From a phage: a stretch of 64,000 nt of DNA. The stretch lies in the NCBI GenBank assembly GCA_012401045.1, contig GCA_012401045.1_4704.1. One strand, written 5' to 3'. A program made the position numbers and the translations under genes. Each line of letters starts with the position of its first letter. Position 1 is the first letter of the stretch. Positions 28,086-38,900 of this stretch are shown one piece after another. A model generated the notes under the pieces. The model searched no databases. It saw only the letters and a list, made by a program, of their open reading frames with translations, and was not told the origin of the DNA.

Positions 28086-28976
28086 ATGCGTCCTGATAAT
28101 ACCCTACTCGGTGAACAGGGTGTTGGTGCTCTTAGCAACGCGGCTATGGTCGATATTCGTGCAGGTGCCCAAAACGGGTACATCAGCAATATCGGTACGT
28201 ACGTTGCTAACGCCAACTACATTCCGAACCAAATGTTCTGTCTCCTGCTGGAGGCACCACGTGGTTTCAACTATCTACCTAACCCGGATGTACAGATTGG
28301 TTATCTGAAGGCGTTGGTAGAAGAAGTTGCGCATTCGATTACCGGTCTGCAACGCGGATTGGAAGTTGAATTCGTTAGCGTCCCGGTTTCTGGTTCCGGT
28401 GAAATCCAGGAAGAAGTCTCTGACGTTAAACGTCCTCGCTCTAACCCGACTTTCGGGATCTATGAGAAAGAAGGTCGTTCCGTTAGTTACTTCCTGGAAC
28501 AATGGATCACGTATCTGTTGATGGATCCGGATGCCAAATACCCGATGTTGTCGTCTATCGTATCCACTGGTGGTCCAACCGACCTGCTGGCGGATTATCG
28601 TAGCGCAACAATGCTGTTCGTTGAGCCAGACCGCCAACACAAAAAAGTGGTTAACGCCTGGCTGTGCACGAACATGATGCCTCACGGTACCGGTGACTGG
28701 ACATCACGTCGTAACAAGAACGATGCGCCAAACGTGGTAGAATTGAGCATTCAGTTCACAGCGTTAACACAGACCAACTACGGCGTGCGTGCTTTTGCAC
28801 AACGTCTGCTGGATAAGATGAACCTGCTCAAAGTGAACCCGGATTTCCGTCCGGCTTATCTGAGCGACATCGATCCGGCTGTGGCAGCGCAGAAGGTTGG
28901 CTACACCTTCGACTTTGATAACAACGATACCTTTGAGGTACCGAATACTTATCAAAACGTAACACCTCGCGTGTAA
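28086..28976 (+). CDS. Highly expressed structural protein (296 aa); candidate tail tube protein
   Basis: SD GAGGAG 7 nt upstream; codon-optimised; follows the sheath-like gene by 15 nt. Confidence 0.45.
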   Translation: MRPDNTLLGEQGVGALSNAAMVDIRAGAQNGYISNIGTYVANANYIPNQMFCLLLEAPRGFNYLPNPDVQIGYLKALVEEVAHSITGLQRGLEVEFVSVPVSGSGEIQEEVSDVKRPRSNPTFGIYEKEGRSVSYFLEQWITYLLMDPDAKYPMLSSIVSTGGPTDLLADYRSATMLFVEPDRQHKKVVNAWLCTNMMPHGTGDWTSRRNKNDAPNVVELSIQFTALTQTNYGVRAFAQRLLDKMNLLKVNPDFRPAYLSDIDPAVAAQKVGYTFDFDNNDTFEVPNTYQNVTPRV

Positions 28977-29002
28977 CGTAAAAAAAAAAGCATATTAACC
29001 TC

Positions 29003-29039
29003 CCTTCCTTCCCCGGCCTTGACGGCTAGGGAAGGAAGG
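29003..29039. terminator. Bidirectional intrinsic terminator (ccttccttccc/gggaaggaagg) flanked by A9 and TTTATGGTTTATTT
   Basis: 11-bp stem, 15-nt loop, poly-A upstream and T-run downstream. Confidence 0.7.
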
Positions 29040-29051
29040 TTTATGGTTTAT

Positions 29052-29591
29052 TTACTGTTTGTTCGTGGCTTCACGAATGAAAATGACATCAGGATATTCT
29101 TGAGATTCAATGAATTCAGGATTACGATAACGACGAATATGACGCATCGTTGTACAAGCAAGTTTGTAAAGATGTTCCTCCTCACGTTGTGTTAATAACA
29201 TCAGTTGCGCGTCTGGAATCACGAATGGGAGTCTTTCATTCACGTATTCCCGAAGGTCATCGAGATCATCGTGATGAATGCCCTCTGAGAGCTTATATAA
29301 CGCTTCCAGCAATTCTAATCCACCGAACTGGTAACTTCCTATTGTCGTCTTAAACAATGCGCCAGAACGCGTGGTGGATGCTCTATCGGCGACATCGTAT
29401 TGTTCTAACATATATCCGTAGACCATGCTACGTCGATCCAGTGTATCCGTAACGAGATTACGCCACCGTTCCAGTCTTTCGAGCGCTTTGTCGATAGAGT
29501 AAACGATCATGCCATGTTCATCCAACTCTTCCGCAATACCCAATAGTTCATTGTTGTTAGGTTTTGCTGCACCGATAAGAAAAACACTCAT
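29052..29591 (-). CDS. Hypothetical protein (179 aa)
   Basis: ATG overlaps upstream stop (TAATG). Confidence 0.6.
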   Translation of the reverse strand: MSVFLIGAAKPNNNELLGIAEELDEHGMIVYSIDKALERLERWRNLVTDTLDRRSMVYGYMLEQYDVADRASTTRSGALFKTTIGSYQFGGLELLEALYKLSEGIHHDDLDDLREYVNERLPFVIPDAQLMLLTQREEEHLYKLACTTMRHIRRYRNPEFIESQEYPDVIFIREATNKQ

Positions 29592-30004
29592 TACTCAAAC
29601 TCCTTATTCCAAAACTCGATTAATGAATCGAGCTGTTCCTTACTGGTTATCTCACCTCCCCTAACAAAATGAAATCGTTCTTGAATGGCGATCTTTTCAA
29701 GGATATCGGTAAGCAAATGACGGTGACAGAAATTTCCTGCAGGACAATAACACCCTAACACCACAACCGGATGGGAGAATAAAGCCAACCATTCCGGTGT
29801 ATGATCAACAAAGCTTTTGCGCATAAGCGCGTAGTAGCCTGTGGTATATTCATCCTCGGTTAACGTTTTTGATTTGATTCCTGTAACAAGTTCCCATGAA
29901 GGTGCGAAGAGTGGGTTACCTGTTTTCACCGTCGTGTCCAGTAGGAACGCTCGTGTGTCTGAAAGCCAACGATATTTGGCTAATTGAAGGGTGTATAAAA
30001 ACAC
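29591..30004 (-). CDS. Hypothetical protein (137 aa) with GCYCPAGNFCHRH motif
   Basis: GTG start (weak SD); Cys/His cluster suggests metal binding. Confidence 0.45.
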   Translation of the reverse strand: MFLYTLQLAKYRWLSDTRAFLLDTTVKTGNPLFAPSWELVTGIKSKTLTEDEYTTGYYALMRKSFVDHTPEWLALFSHPVVVLGCYCPAGNFCHRHLLTDILEKIAIQERFHFVRGGEITSKEQLDSLIEFWNKEFE

Positions 30005-30046
30005 AGCGCTAACCCCAAAGGATAAAAATAAAACCTTGACATAACC

Positions 30047-30080
30047 ACCACCGCAACCCCATACAGGGCTACGGTGGGGT
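30047..30080 (-). terminator. Terminator candidate after abundant early gene
   Basis: acccca/tggggt or ccaccg/cggtgg stem followed on minus strand by GTTTTATTTTTAT. Confidence 0.45.
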
Positions 30081-30107
30081 CATACAGAGAGACGTGTTAA
30101 GTTACAA

Positions 30108-30587
30108 TCAGTCTTTCAGCAGCTCAGCTGCATACGCACTGATGTTGTCGCGAATATGCTTAACCTGAGTTGTTGGGAAAGATTTCTTATACGCGGTGGT
30201 CAGGCGTCCGTAAACCTGTTTCTTCTCGTTAGAGCCGAAACCAACTTCAGCGCTACGTTGAACCGTTGCGGACACAACGTCTTTGCCCAGCGGCAGGGTT
30301 ACAGAAACAACGTCAACCTGCTTGTTATCCGCCATGAACTGCGCGCCAACGCGACCTACCGCCAGACCATGAGCCAGACCGATATCGGTGGTCAGTTTCT
30401 GTGCTTTTTCCAGGATTTCTTTTTCTTCCGGCGTTACCAGAGTACCCAGGAAATCACTGCCTAACTTCTGGCTACCAGATTCGTCCAGTTTAATACCAGC
30501 GGCGATTTTATCAGAAAGAGCCTGAACTTCCGGACGTACGTTAGAAGTGGTTTCAGTCGCTACGGTGGTTTCTACAGCTTCAGACAT
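30108..30587 (-). CDS. Abundant early protein of unknown function (159 aa)
   Basis: Strong codon optimisation; early-type promoter motif 120 nt upstream; terminator downstream. Confidence 0.75.
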   Translation of the reverse strand: MSEAVETTVATETTSNVRPEVQALSDKIAAGIKLDESGSQKLGSDFLGTLVTPEEKEILEKAQKLTTDIGLAHGLAVGRVGAQFMADNKQVDVVSVTLPLGKDVVSATVQRSAEVGFGSNEKKQVYGRLTTAYKKSFPTTQVKHIRDNISAYAAELLKD

Positions 30588-30706
30588 GTTAATACTCCAA
30601 TTAGTTTTTTCGATCGATCAAAAGGATAAAATCAGAAGATTCTTTCTTCATAGGGAAAACACAAGTCGGTTAAGGTTTACTTCTTAAACTCCTTGCGTTC
30701 TATCAG

Positions 30707-30738
30707 TTAGGTAATATAGACCTCAACTTTTTTCCAAT
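30707..30738 (-). promoter_or_regulatory. Early-type promoter candidate (minus orientation ATTGGAAAAAAGTTGAGGTCTATATTACCTAA)
   Basis: Only a minus-strand gene lies downstream, which fixes motif orientation; overlaps the stop codon of the upstream gene. Confidence 0.55.
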
Positions 30739-31523
30739 AATGCTGCAACGTTCCGCGCGAAACGAATTACCTTGTAATTGCGGGTCTGTTTGATATCTTC
30801 TTCCCCATCACTGTCACCTTCAGACGGATCTTCCCACATGAAGTCTTGTTCGTCCGCTTTCTGTAAGTAGCGGTATAACTGCACCATGCTGCGTGCGGTC
30901 GGAGAGATAGCGCGAAGCTCATCCAATTCTTCATCCGTGAGCAGAACATGCGGTGAACGCAGTGGTTCCATTGTTGTATTACACAACAGACGAATCAGCA
31001 GATCGACGCACGGAATAACCGAACCTGGTGAGGCGATTTCTGGGTGTAATGTATAACCCCAATATACGGTGTTAAAATACGTCAAAACAGCAGGTAGTGA
31101 CGGATGTTCCATCGCACGGCCAATTTGCTGTCTTACGATAGATGCACGATCGTTCAATACATCGAAAGTAATCTGCTGCGGTTCCATAACCGCAAGTGAA
31201 ATACCGTATGCGTCAGCCACACCCAGGATTTCATGAAGGGCCGAACGTTCTTCTTCGGTGGATATTGTCCCGATTGCCTTACGCCCTGCAAGGTCAATCA
31301 GCATCGGTGAAACAGCTTCTTTAACCGCATTAAAAGAAGCCTGGTAAGCGTGTTTGTGAATATACAGTGTCCACGCTAATGCGCGCTCAGCCGCATGAAG
31401 CAGATCGACATAAGACAGTTCTTGATGGCATGGGCCATACACACTCACAGCAAGCTTGGTGGCTTTCTCAGAGGCTTGCATAATAACATCTGGTGATTTA
31501 GGCATATCGCGTTCTTCTTGCAT
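30723..31523 (-). CDS. Hypothetical protein (266 aa)
   Basis: SD AGGAA; two ATGCCGT-type motifs upstream. Confidence 0.65.
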   Translation of the reverse strand: MQEERDMPKSPDVIMQASEKATKLAVSVYGPCHQELSYVDLLHAAERALAWTLYIHKHAYQASFNAVKEAVSPMLIDLAGRKAIGTISTEEERSALHEILGVADAYGISLAVMEPQQITFDVLNDRASIVRQQIGRAMEHPSLPAVLTYFNTVYWGYTLHPEIASPGSVIPCVDLLIRLLCNTTMEPLRSPHVLLTDEELDELRAISPTARSMVQLYRYLQKADEQDFMWEDPSEGDSDGEEDIKQTRNYKVIRFARNVAALLEKS

Positions 31524-31554
31524 CTTTTAAATTCCTACTTAACAATAAAGTTCA

Positions 31555-31567
31555 TATACGGCGTATG
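31555..31567 (-). promoter_or_regulatory. Variant late-type motif (minus orientation CATACGCCGTATATG)
   Basis: Plus strand TATACGGCGTATG about 35 nt upstream of start 31523. Confidence 0.3.
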
Positions 31568-31611
31568 TATCCGTAGAATAATGGGTTCTGGTAAGATCTT
31601 ACATCAAAATG

Positions 31612-31653
31612 ACGGCATAAAAAGTACCTCCTTACCCATGTGGGTAAGGAGGT
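31612..31653 (-). promoter_or_regulatory. 12-bp hairpin + TTTTTATGCCGT late-type promoter/terminator candidate
   Basis: Plus strand ACGGCATAAAAAG + acctccttaccc/gggtaaggaggt perfect stem. Confidence 0.55.
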
Positions 31654-31805
31654 TCGTCCATCACGACGAAAGGACGTTATGTGACGCGGTGTCCATAACG
31701 GCCCTGGTAGCAGGCATCAAAGATAACAAAAAGGATGTAAGTTGAGCTAAACCACCTAAATACGGTAACGATTACTTCCGTACACAATATAACGCAACAT
31801 CTTTT

Positions 31806-32615
31806 TTACCAATGATTAAAGCTGCCCGCTTTAACGACATCACAACGTAGGTGGTTACGTAACTGATCCAGGAAGACAACCGGACTGTCGCCAGACAACA
31901 TAGCCAGCGCGTGTTGGCCACCGGAACGAACAACAAGCTCATCGACCATTGGTGCTGTAATCGGGAGATCATACGCATCCATGATTGCTTTGGCTTCCTG
32001 TTCTACGTCTTTCTGGAACCCTTCCATCGTCGGAGAGTCATATTTGGTTGCAAACTCGATCCCAGGCAAGTTAACGTAATCGTAAGTCATGACACGGGTC
32101 ATAACACGACGGCGCTCACGTTGCCAGATCTGAGGATCGGTTAACGCGCGAACCGAAAAACACACGTTCACCAACGGCGTTTCAAAATCTTTACGTAATG
32201 GATCACCGTACGGCCCGCAAGGAATAACATCCCCCATCACCATCACGACAGGACGACCACGACGATCGCGTCCCGCTTCTTCTAACCAAATCTTAGAAAA
32301 GCAATGGCTTACCTTCGTTTCTTCGATTCGTAACGCTCGCTGCAAAAAGCTGGTTGCATCCTGACCGATCTCTGGTTTAGGGTGACCGTATTCACCTTTC
32401 AACGAACGATTGCGTGCGTTTGTTTGCAGTAAGCTGTTTTCCAGAAACAGCGGTTTCGAACGCTCAAGTTCGTAATATTCTTCGGTATTGTTAAAACAGT
32501 TAAATCCGCCGATAACACAGGTGTAGGCACCGTCAGCATTAGGACGGATAATACCTTTCTTATTCACACCAAGATAACTGGTGCAAACAAGATTACTAAT
32601 TGGTGGTTGCATCAT
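31806..32615 (-). CDS. Hypothetical protein (269 aa)
   Basis: ORF. Confidence 0.65.
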   Translation of the reverse strand: MMQPPISNLVCTSYLGVNKKGIIRPNADGAYTCVIGGFNCFNNTEEYYELERSKPLFLENSLLQTNARNRSLKGEYGHPKPEIGQDATSFLQRALRIEETKVSHCFSKIWLEEAGRDRRGRPVVMVMGDVIPCGPYGDPLRKDFETPLVNVCFSVRALTDPQIWQRERRRVMTRVMTYDYVNLPGIEFATKYDSPTMEGFQKDVEQEAKAIMDAYDLPITAPMVDELVVRSGGQHALAMLSGDSPVVFLDQLRNHLRCDVVKAGSFNHW

Positions 32616-32693
32616 AACCCCTTTATAAGCAACTGAATGAAAAAAGCGTTACATTCCCGCTTTTACGTCAGAAGGTGACGCGTAAGCGTTATA

Positions 32694-33425
32694 TCACCAT
32701 TCATACGATCCGGCGCACTGATGCCCCAACAGTACCAACGCGTCGTCTTTGGCAGCTAGGTATTTCTCTAACGTTATCCGTGAAACAGACACATTAGAGA
32801 AATCCATCACACCTAAGCGATGATCGTAATGGTTAATTTGCATCCGGTAATAACCTTTCTTTACCACCAGAAACTCGCCTTGACGCAACCATAGCGGAAC
32901 GTTATCAACCTCCGCATGGATATAAAACACCGGACATTCTGTCGTAACGGAGTTTTCCTTCCCATCGCTATCTGTAATCTTCCCTTTGGGAACAGCCGCG
33001 ATAAAACATTCTCCGATACGCTCGGTTTGATACCCGTTTGGATAGCGCGGATCGTGAAATAACCAGTGCTCATCGCTAATATCAACATCGGATAATAACG
33101 TACGATGTGGACGTAAGGCGATATCAAACGGAACACGATAAATAACGTACCCGCCTAACCAATGGGCTAAGTGACCGCCAGAAAAATACTGCTTGATTGC
33201 GGTACTGTAACCGTATATACAACCCATCAAACTGCTGGACACACAGATCCTTGGAAACGACCCGTCTTCCATACGCAAGGTACGTTGAGGGATACGTGGC
33301 ATCATCGTTTTCAGTTCGGTATCGGTGCTAATATGCAATAAACCGAAAGGAAGCGTTTTGCTCGGCACCCACGCACAACGTTCCATAATCGCTCTTGGGA
33401 CAATAGTCTCGATAGACGATAACAT
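32694..33425 (-). CDS. Hypothetical protein (243 aa)
   Basis: ORF. Confidence 0.65.
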   Translation of the reverse strand: MLSSIETIVPRAIMERCAWVPSKTLPFGLLHISTDTELKTMMPRIPQRTLRMEDGSFPRICVSSSLMGCIYGYSTAIKQYFSGGHLAHWLGGYVIYRVPFDIALRPHRTLLSDVDISDEHWLFHDPRYPNGYQTERIGECFIAAVPKGKITDSDGKENSVTTECPVFYIHAEVDNVPLWLRQGEFLVVKKGYYRMQINHYDHRLGVMDFSNVSVSRITLEKYLAAKDDALVLLGHQCAGSYEW

Positions 33426-33426
33426 A

Positions 33427-34137
33427 TCACCCCCTCAGAATCGCTTCTGTTTCGCTGATCGTATCCGCAGGATAAACCAAACTACTATCGATTGCGTTAT
33501 TCACGTAACCACCCATTAAGTTGGTGATGGTGTTTGTACCACTATCGATAATGTTTCGTAATCCGATATCGATGGCTTTTAACGTGCTGCGTTCCTCATC
33601 CGAAAGCAAACGCCATGCTCGACGACGATCGTTGGGGTCACGTGTGGTGATAGAAGCCAGAACAGAATAGATGCTGCTATCCGCATTCAGTTTAACGCCT
33701 GCCAATTTCGCTGACGTGTAGAGCAGCTGATATTTTTCTTTCTCAGTGTACCACCATGGCACTTTACCGAGCGTATAGATCTCGTTATACATCAGCCATG
33801 GGAAAGAGTTTCGCATCACGACATCGGTTGACACCAACACCGTGTCACCGGGAAGAAACACAAACTCATAAAACGGCTGGCCATCCATGGTAATTTCACG
33901 GATGTCAGACGGGTCGATATGGAGCTGGGTCAATGCGTGGCTGACACCATACTGACCATCGGGAAGAATAATCGGGCAGCACGCACAAACCCGGTTCTCA
34001 CTCCCGATGATAGATAAACCCAATCCCTCGTAACGGACGGGTGTCAGAATCGAACACCCGCCACGAGTAACAACAGATTTATCTTCTTGTATGTCCCAGT
34101 CCGCAAGCACCGCAGCACCGTTGCGGACAAGCGCCAT
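33427..34137 (-). CDS. Hypothetical protein (236 aa)
   Basis: ORF; 1-nt gap to neighbours. Confidence 0.65.
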   Translation of the reverse strand: MALVRNGAAVLADWDIQEDKSVVTRGGCSILTPVRYEGLGLSIIGSENRVCACCPIILPDGQYGVSHALTQLHIDPSDIREITMDGQPFYEFVFLPGDTVLVSTDVVMRNSFPWLMYNEIYTLGKVPWWYTEKEKYQLLYTSAKLAGVKLNADSSIYSVLASITTRDPNDRRRAWRLLSDEERSTLKAIDIGLRNIIDSGTNTITNLMGGYVNNAIDSSLVYPADTISETEAILRG

Positions 34138-35661
34138 TTACACCTCGCTAATCTGGATAACGTAAAGCTGCTGGGCCACGTAATCGGTGGTCAGATGCAT
34201 CGTTGCGATGGTCGCTGCTTCGAACACCGTGAGTTCAGGACGTTCACGCATAATCAAATCGATCTCATCGATGAGACGGTTAACGCCTTGAGCGTCTTCG
34301 TGATGCATGGTTTTCACGTACAGCGTACGGAAATACTGCTGGAAGTTAGCTACGTCGGTATCGGTAAGGGTAGCAACTTCACCACGTACGATTTCCATAA
34401 CCTTCTTACGGGTATCTTCATCGAGGTCCACTGTAATCAGGTCAGCAAATACGCCCTGCAATGCCAACGCGTATGCACGTAAGCGGTTTGCGGCCTGCTG
34501 ACTGGCTTTCATGTTGATGTAGTTACGGTAATGCTGCATGAAGCCTGCACCGTTAGCCAACAGCTCATCTTTACTGATGAGTTCACGTTCTAACAGGACA
34601 GCTGCGGTCAGTGCTTCCGGCGAACCACCTTCTTGCAGATAACCCATGTAGACATCTGCGTTAACGAAAATCGTCATCGTTGACGCATCTTCAGCACGTT
34701 GAATCTGAGAAGCCGACGGTGCAGAAAGAATCAGCTCACCACGCTCCATACGCAGGATACGATCACGACCGACGCGGGCCATCCCGTTGATCGCCGCAGC
34801 GCGAGCTTGTTGCATTTTAGCGCGGTAGTTTTCAAGCATCATGTCGTTGCCGTCCTGGATATCTTCCAGCAGGTTAACGGCCCACATATAGCAGAGGAAT
34901 GCAGGAGTTGCCGCAGCGCGGGAACCGTGGAATGCAACGTTATCGCTATCCGGATATGTAATCAGATAAGCGGTGTTGTTCGAAGAAGGAGCGGAACCAC
35001 GGAAGAAATAGTTGTAGATGTCTTCCAGTGCCTGATCGCTCATCCCTTCCGTTGCTTGCTGTACAAAACGATCCAGGTTTTCATTACCGGTATACAGCAA
35101 CGTACGCAGCTTATCGCCGGTGATAAACGCAAGCTTTTCGGTTGGGGTGAAATCGTTATTAATCGAAATCAAGCCATTGAGATCGTAATCGCTAACTAAG
35201 GCCTGGTATTCTTCGGAGTTATAAAACTCAGGGTAGTAACTCAGACTTACTGTCGGGATCAGTTTCGGTGCCAGGATGATCGAATCGATGCGTTTTTCCA
35301 GTTCCGGGTACAGTGCACGGCATTTCGGCAGGATGGTATTACGCGCCAACTCTTTGGCATACACCACTTTTTCCACCACGTCTTGAACTGCGGTCTGTAA
35401 AACTTCATCGTGGATATAAACCTCGCGTTCGCTGGCAGGTGCTACAGCGCCATCTTCGGTTTCATCAAGTGTTTCAGCAACAACCATACGTTCAGCACTA
35501 AGCTGCACCAACGCATCTGCGTCTTCCGGTGGCTGGTTCCAATGCATGGTTTCACAAACCGCGGCTAACGGCGTGCCCGGAATGGCTGCGACGATTTGAT
35601 TACGTTTGATAAACCCTTCGACAATGGGCTCAACAGCATAGACGGTTTTATTGGTGATCAT
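34138..35661 (-). CDS. Hypothetical protein (507 aa), possibly structural
   Basis: Long ORF, acidic, moderately codon-optimised. Confidence 0.7.
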   Translation of the reverse strand: MITNKTVYAVEPIVEGFIKRNQIVAAIPGTPLAAVCETMHWNQPPEDADALVQLSAERMVVAETLDETEDGAVAPASEREVYIHDEVLQTAVQDVVEKVVYAKELARNTILPKCRALYPELEKRIDSIILAPKLIPTVSLSYYPEFYNSEEYQALVSDYDLNGLISINNDFTPTEKLAFITGDKLRTLLYTGNENLDRFVQQATEGMSDQALEDIYNYFFRGSAPSSNNTAYLITYPDSDNVAFHGSRAAATPAFLCYMWAVNLLEDIQDGNDMMLENYRAKMQQARAAAINGMARVGRDRILRMERGELILSAPSASQIQRAEDASTMTIFVNADVYMGYLQEGGSPEALTAAVLLERELISKDELLANGAGFMQHYRNYINMKASQQAANRLRAYALALQGVFADLITVDLDEDTRKKVMEIVRGEVATLTDTDVANFQQYFRTLYVKTMHHEDAQGVNRLIDEIDLIMRERPELTVFEAATIATMHLTTDYVAQQLYVIQISEV

Positions 35662-35894
35662 TACTGCGCTCCCTCCAACGCATTACTACCTACGGGTTCT
35701 TTGGTTTCCAGACGGCTGTTTAAGCGCGCAGCAACCGCATCTTCCAATCCCAACGGCATAACCTTTTTGTTCACGTCAGGATCGGCGGCATCATTACCAA
35801 CGGTTTGACGTACGACCTCAGCAACCAACGTTACCGCGTTCGTCAGCGCAACAAAGCTCGCTGCCCGAGCCGTGTTAAGTTGTTCTTGGTTCAT
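35661..35894 (-). CDS. Small hypothetical protein (77 aa)
   Basis: SD AAGGAAAAG; overlaps downstream start. Confidence 0.5.
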   Translation of the reverse strand: MNQEQLNTARAASFVALTNAVTLVAEVVRQTVGNDAADPDVNKKVMPLGLEDAVAARLNSRLETKEPVGSNALEGAQ

Positions 35895-35924
35895 TCACTT
35901 TTCCTTTTAATGTCAGAGCATCGC

Positions 35925-35944
35925 ATTCTTGACGTACGTCAAGA
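35925..35944. promoter_or_regulatory. 20-bp perfect palindrome TTCTTGACGTACGTCAAGAA (candidate operator/protein-binding site)
   Basis: Perfect dyad about 30 nt upstream of start at 35894. Confidence 0.45.
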
Positions 35945-35969
35945 AGGTACTGCGTTCAGCGAAATAAAC

Positions 35970-35995
35970 GAGCAGGGGCATGAAGCCCCCTGCTC
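35970..35995 (-). terminator. Intrinsic terminator after the RNAP beta-like gene
   Basis: gagcaggggc/gccccctgctc stem followed on minus strand by GTTTATTTCG; abuts stop codon. Confidence 0.6.
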
Positions 35996-38900
35996 TTATT
36001 TAGCGTCGTTAAAGTAAATATCAACAGCTCGTTCCGTTGCGTAGAGGAGACCAAGATTCACAGTCCCAACCACTTCCGGTGAACCGATGATACGGTTAGC
36101 GATACTGGTGCCACTGAAGATAGCATCAAGGGTGTGCCCGTCTTCGGTTTTGTTCACACCATGACCCACGGAAGAGACAACGGATTTCGCTTGAGCTGCG
36201 AAGGTACCTTTATCGCCCATCCCCGCACCAAGGTCGTAACGCATGAAAATACGGATTGCGATCTGGTTCTCGCCTAACGGATTACCGTCTATTCTCACGT
36301 TACTGTTATTGATACGCCCCGTAGCTGCTTCGTTGAGTTTCAGTTCCTTAACGCGTTTAGCTCGCGCTTTATCTGCATCACCGACGAGCGCCGCCATGGT
36401 TTCACTCATATCCTCAATCTGAGCGCGGTACAACACATCGATCTGTACAACTTCACCATGAACGTCAGCACGTGGGTTATACTGACTCATACGACGTAAT
36501 GCTTCAACGGCTTCCTGACTCTCATCACTCAGATCGGTCGCAATCGGTTCTTCCAGTGTTGCAAGGATCGTTCGTGGTTCAACATGATCGCCGATTTTCA
36601 CGAGACCACGAATGTTGAGATGGGCGTCAACGATGAGCGTACGGCTCTTAATCGATGGTGTTACGAGACGATCGGCAAGATTGTCGAAGATATACGAACT
36701 GTCCTCGTGAGTCTCTGGAATATCCAGAATACCGACAAGAGACAGAACACCTGCGCGCCAAACAACCTGACCTGGGTTCCACCAATCGCGTTTAAAATAA
36801 AGACGATGGAAGACCACCACATCCTGATCCTTAACGCGATCCCCGACTTTATAATCGGTAATAAGATCGTGAGGATAATACTTACCTGGTCCTTTCCCGA
36901 TTATCGTGCCGAGTTGGAAAACCTCTTCTCCTAACTCTGGATCGTCGTATTGTATCGTAAGCGCAGTTTTGGTGACCTTCTTAACAACACCATCGCCTTG
37001 GGCAGCTGCTGCGAAGAGCTTACCAACACGATGCGCGATAACGGTCTCACCGCCGGTGCGCCACGGTTGTACATCGTAACCCTCAGCGGCAATCATGCGG
37101 TTGTGTTGGATCCCGACGAAGACCAGACGTTTTCCATCATCACGGTCTACGGCTGGAACAGCTAACGCCGACGTACTCATTACCGATGAGATACCGTCTG
37201 TCTTTTCATCGAATGGTCGTGTTTCACCATACACCGACACGATATTAGCATTAGGTGCAAGGTAAGCTGAGATACCCACATCCCCACTATCTTTCGTACC
37301 CTCTGACACAATACCAACATCGGACTTGTCGTATTCACGATCACGTGCGCGTCGAAGCGATGTCTTTGAACGACCCCCGATACCGGTCATCGTTGCTTCT
37401 TCACCCTGCTTGATATCCAGCATCGGGTTGGTTTCATCGATCACGATGGACGCGCTGTCGTCGAGAATTTGGTTCCAGACGCTTACCGGACTGATTGAGA
37501 TTTTCTGGCGATTTCCTTGACTGCTGTTCTCATTCTGACGAATAGCGCCAACCAGATCCTTATACACCAATTCAGCGAACTTATCGTACGTTTTAAAACG
37601 TTGGTAGTTCACATCGTTGGTGTTAGGTGCCCAGTCATCCAGAAGCAGTTCAACAGCACGCAGTAACAACATGGCGAAATCGGTAGGTTCTCCCATGTTC
37701 TGTAGCAACGTACGGCTTACCGGATCAACGAAAAGACGCTCCATGAGTTCAAGTTCGCGTAAATGGCGAACCTTAAGTCCAGCACCATCAACAACGTTAA
37801 AATAGATATCTCGATTGTCGAAAGCACCGCGAGCGTAACCGATGTAGTTACGGTATTCGTTAAACCCACCCAGCAACAACGTCGTCATGCGATCGTCTTT
37901 ACTGAAGATCAAACTTTCGTCATCAAAGCTCACCGCGAATTCATCGGGTGCTAATCCCATACGAGAACCGCGAGGTACCGTACGATAGTTCGCTTTAAGA
38001 TGTTCTAATAACGGGGTAAGTCCACCCAGATAACTTAGAACGACACCAACCGGAATACGTACACCCATGAATTCAAGATCGGCGGCTTCGATCGGCATCT
38101 TAGCCGCATTGATACCGAAGAAATCAGGGAACGTCCCTACAGGTGTTGGTGTTTGTCCTGACTGACAGATATAGAGCTGATTGCGTTTATCGATTGCTAA
38201 GAATTCACCCAGCGTGTTACGCGCAAACGTCAGGAGCCCTTCGGCTAACTGTTCGTTGAACCGATCTTCCCCGATGAACTCCGGCAATGTCTTTGTATCG
38301 AGACGTATATCCCAATCAGCAAATTGGATTTGGGTATAGTTGCGTGCAAGCACAGCGAAGTAATACGGGACTTTGACGGCCGGATCAAAGACGTTACCAC
38401 GTTTTAACGTGGTTAAGGGTGAGGACTTATCGTAATACATCGCTGTAAGTTGGCGTGTTAACCAACGACCGGCGTTATTAACGACACGCTCTGAACGTTT
38501 AACAAACACCTTACCGTAGGCGGTACTCAACGCAACTTCGGATGATGATACCTTTCTAATAGGTTTATCAACACGTTGTTTACGCATCCGGTATTTGATG
38601 CCGTTAACGACATAAATGCCGTCCTTACGAACCTTCGGCAACATCACCGGGAACGTGGTTGGGACACCGCCTACAGGGGCCAGTTTAATCGTGATAACTT
38701 GATAATCCCCCATCACGTCAACAACATCTTCAACTTTATATCCCGTGACAGGGTAACCTGCCTGTTGTACGGCAACAACAGCGGCTGCGATGTCCTTTTG
38801 CATCACGTGTTCAACGTAATGTTTATCCCACACCGCAAGCGTCGATTTACATAGGCTCTTATCGACGATAACATCCGCTTCCGGCATAACCTTTGCTGGC

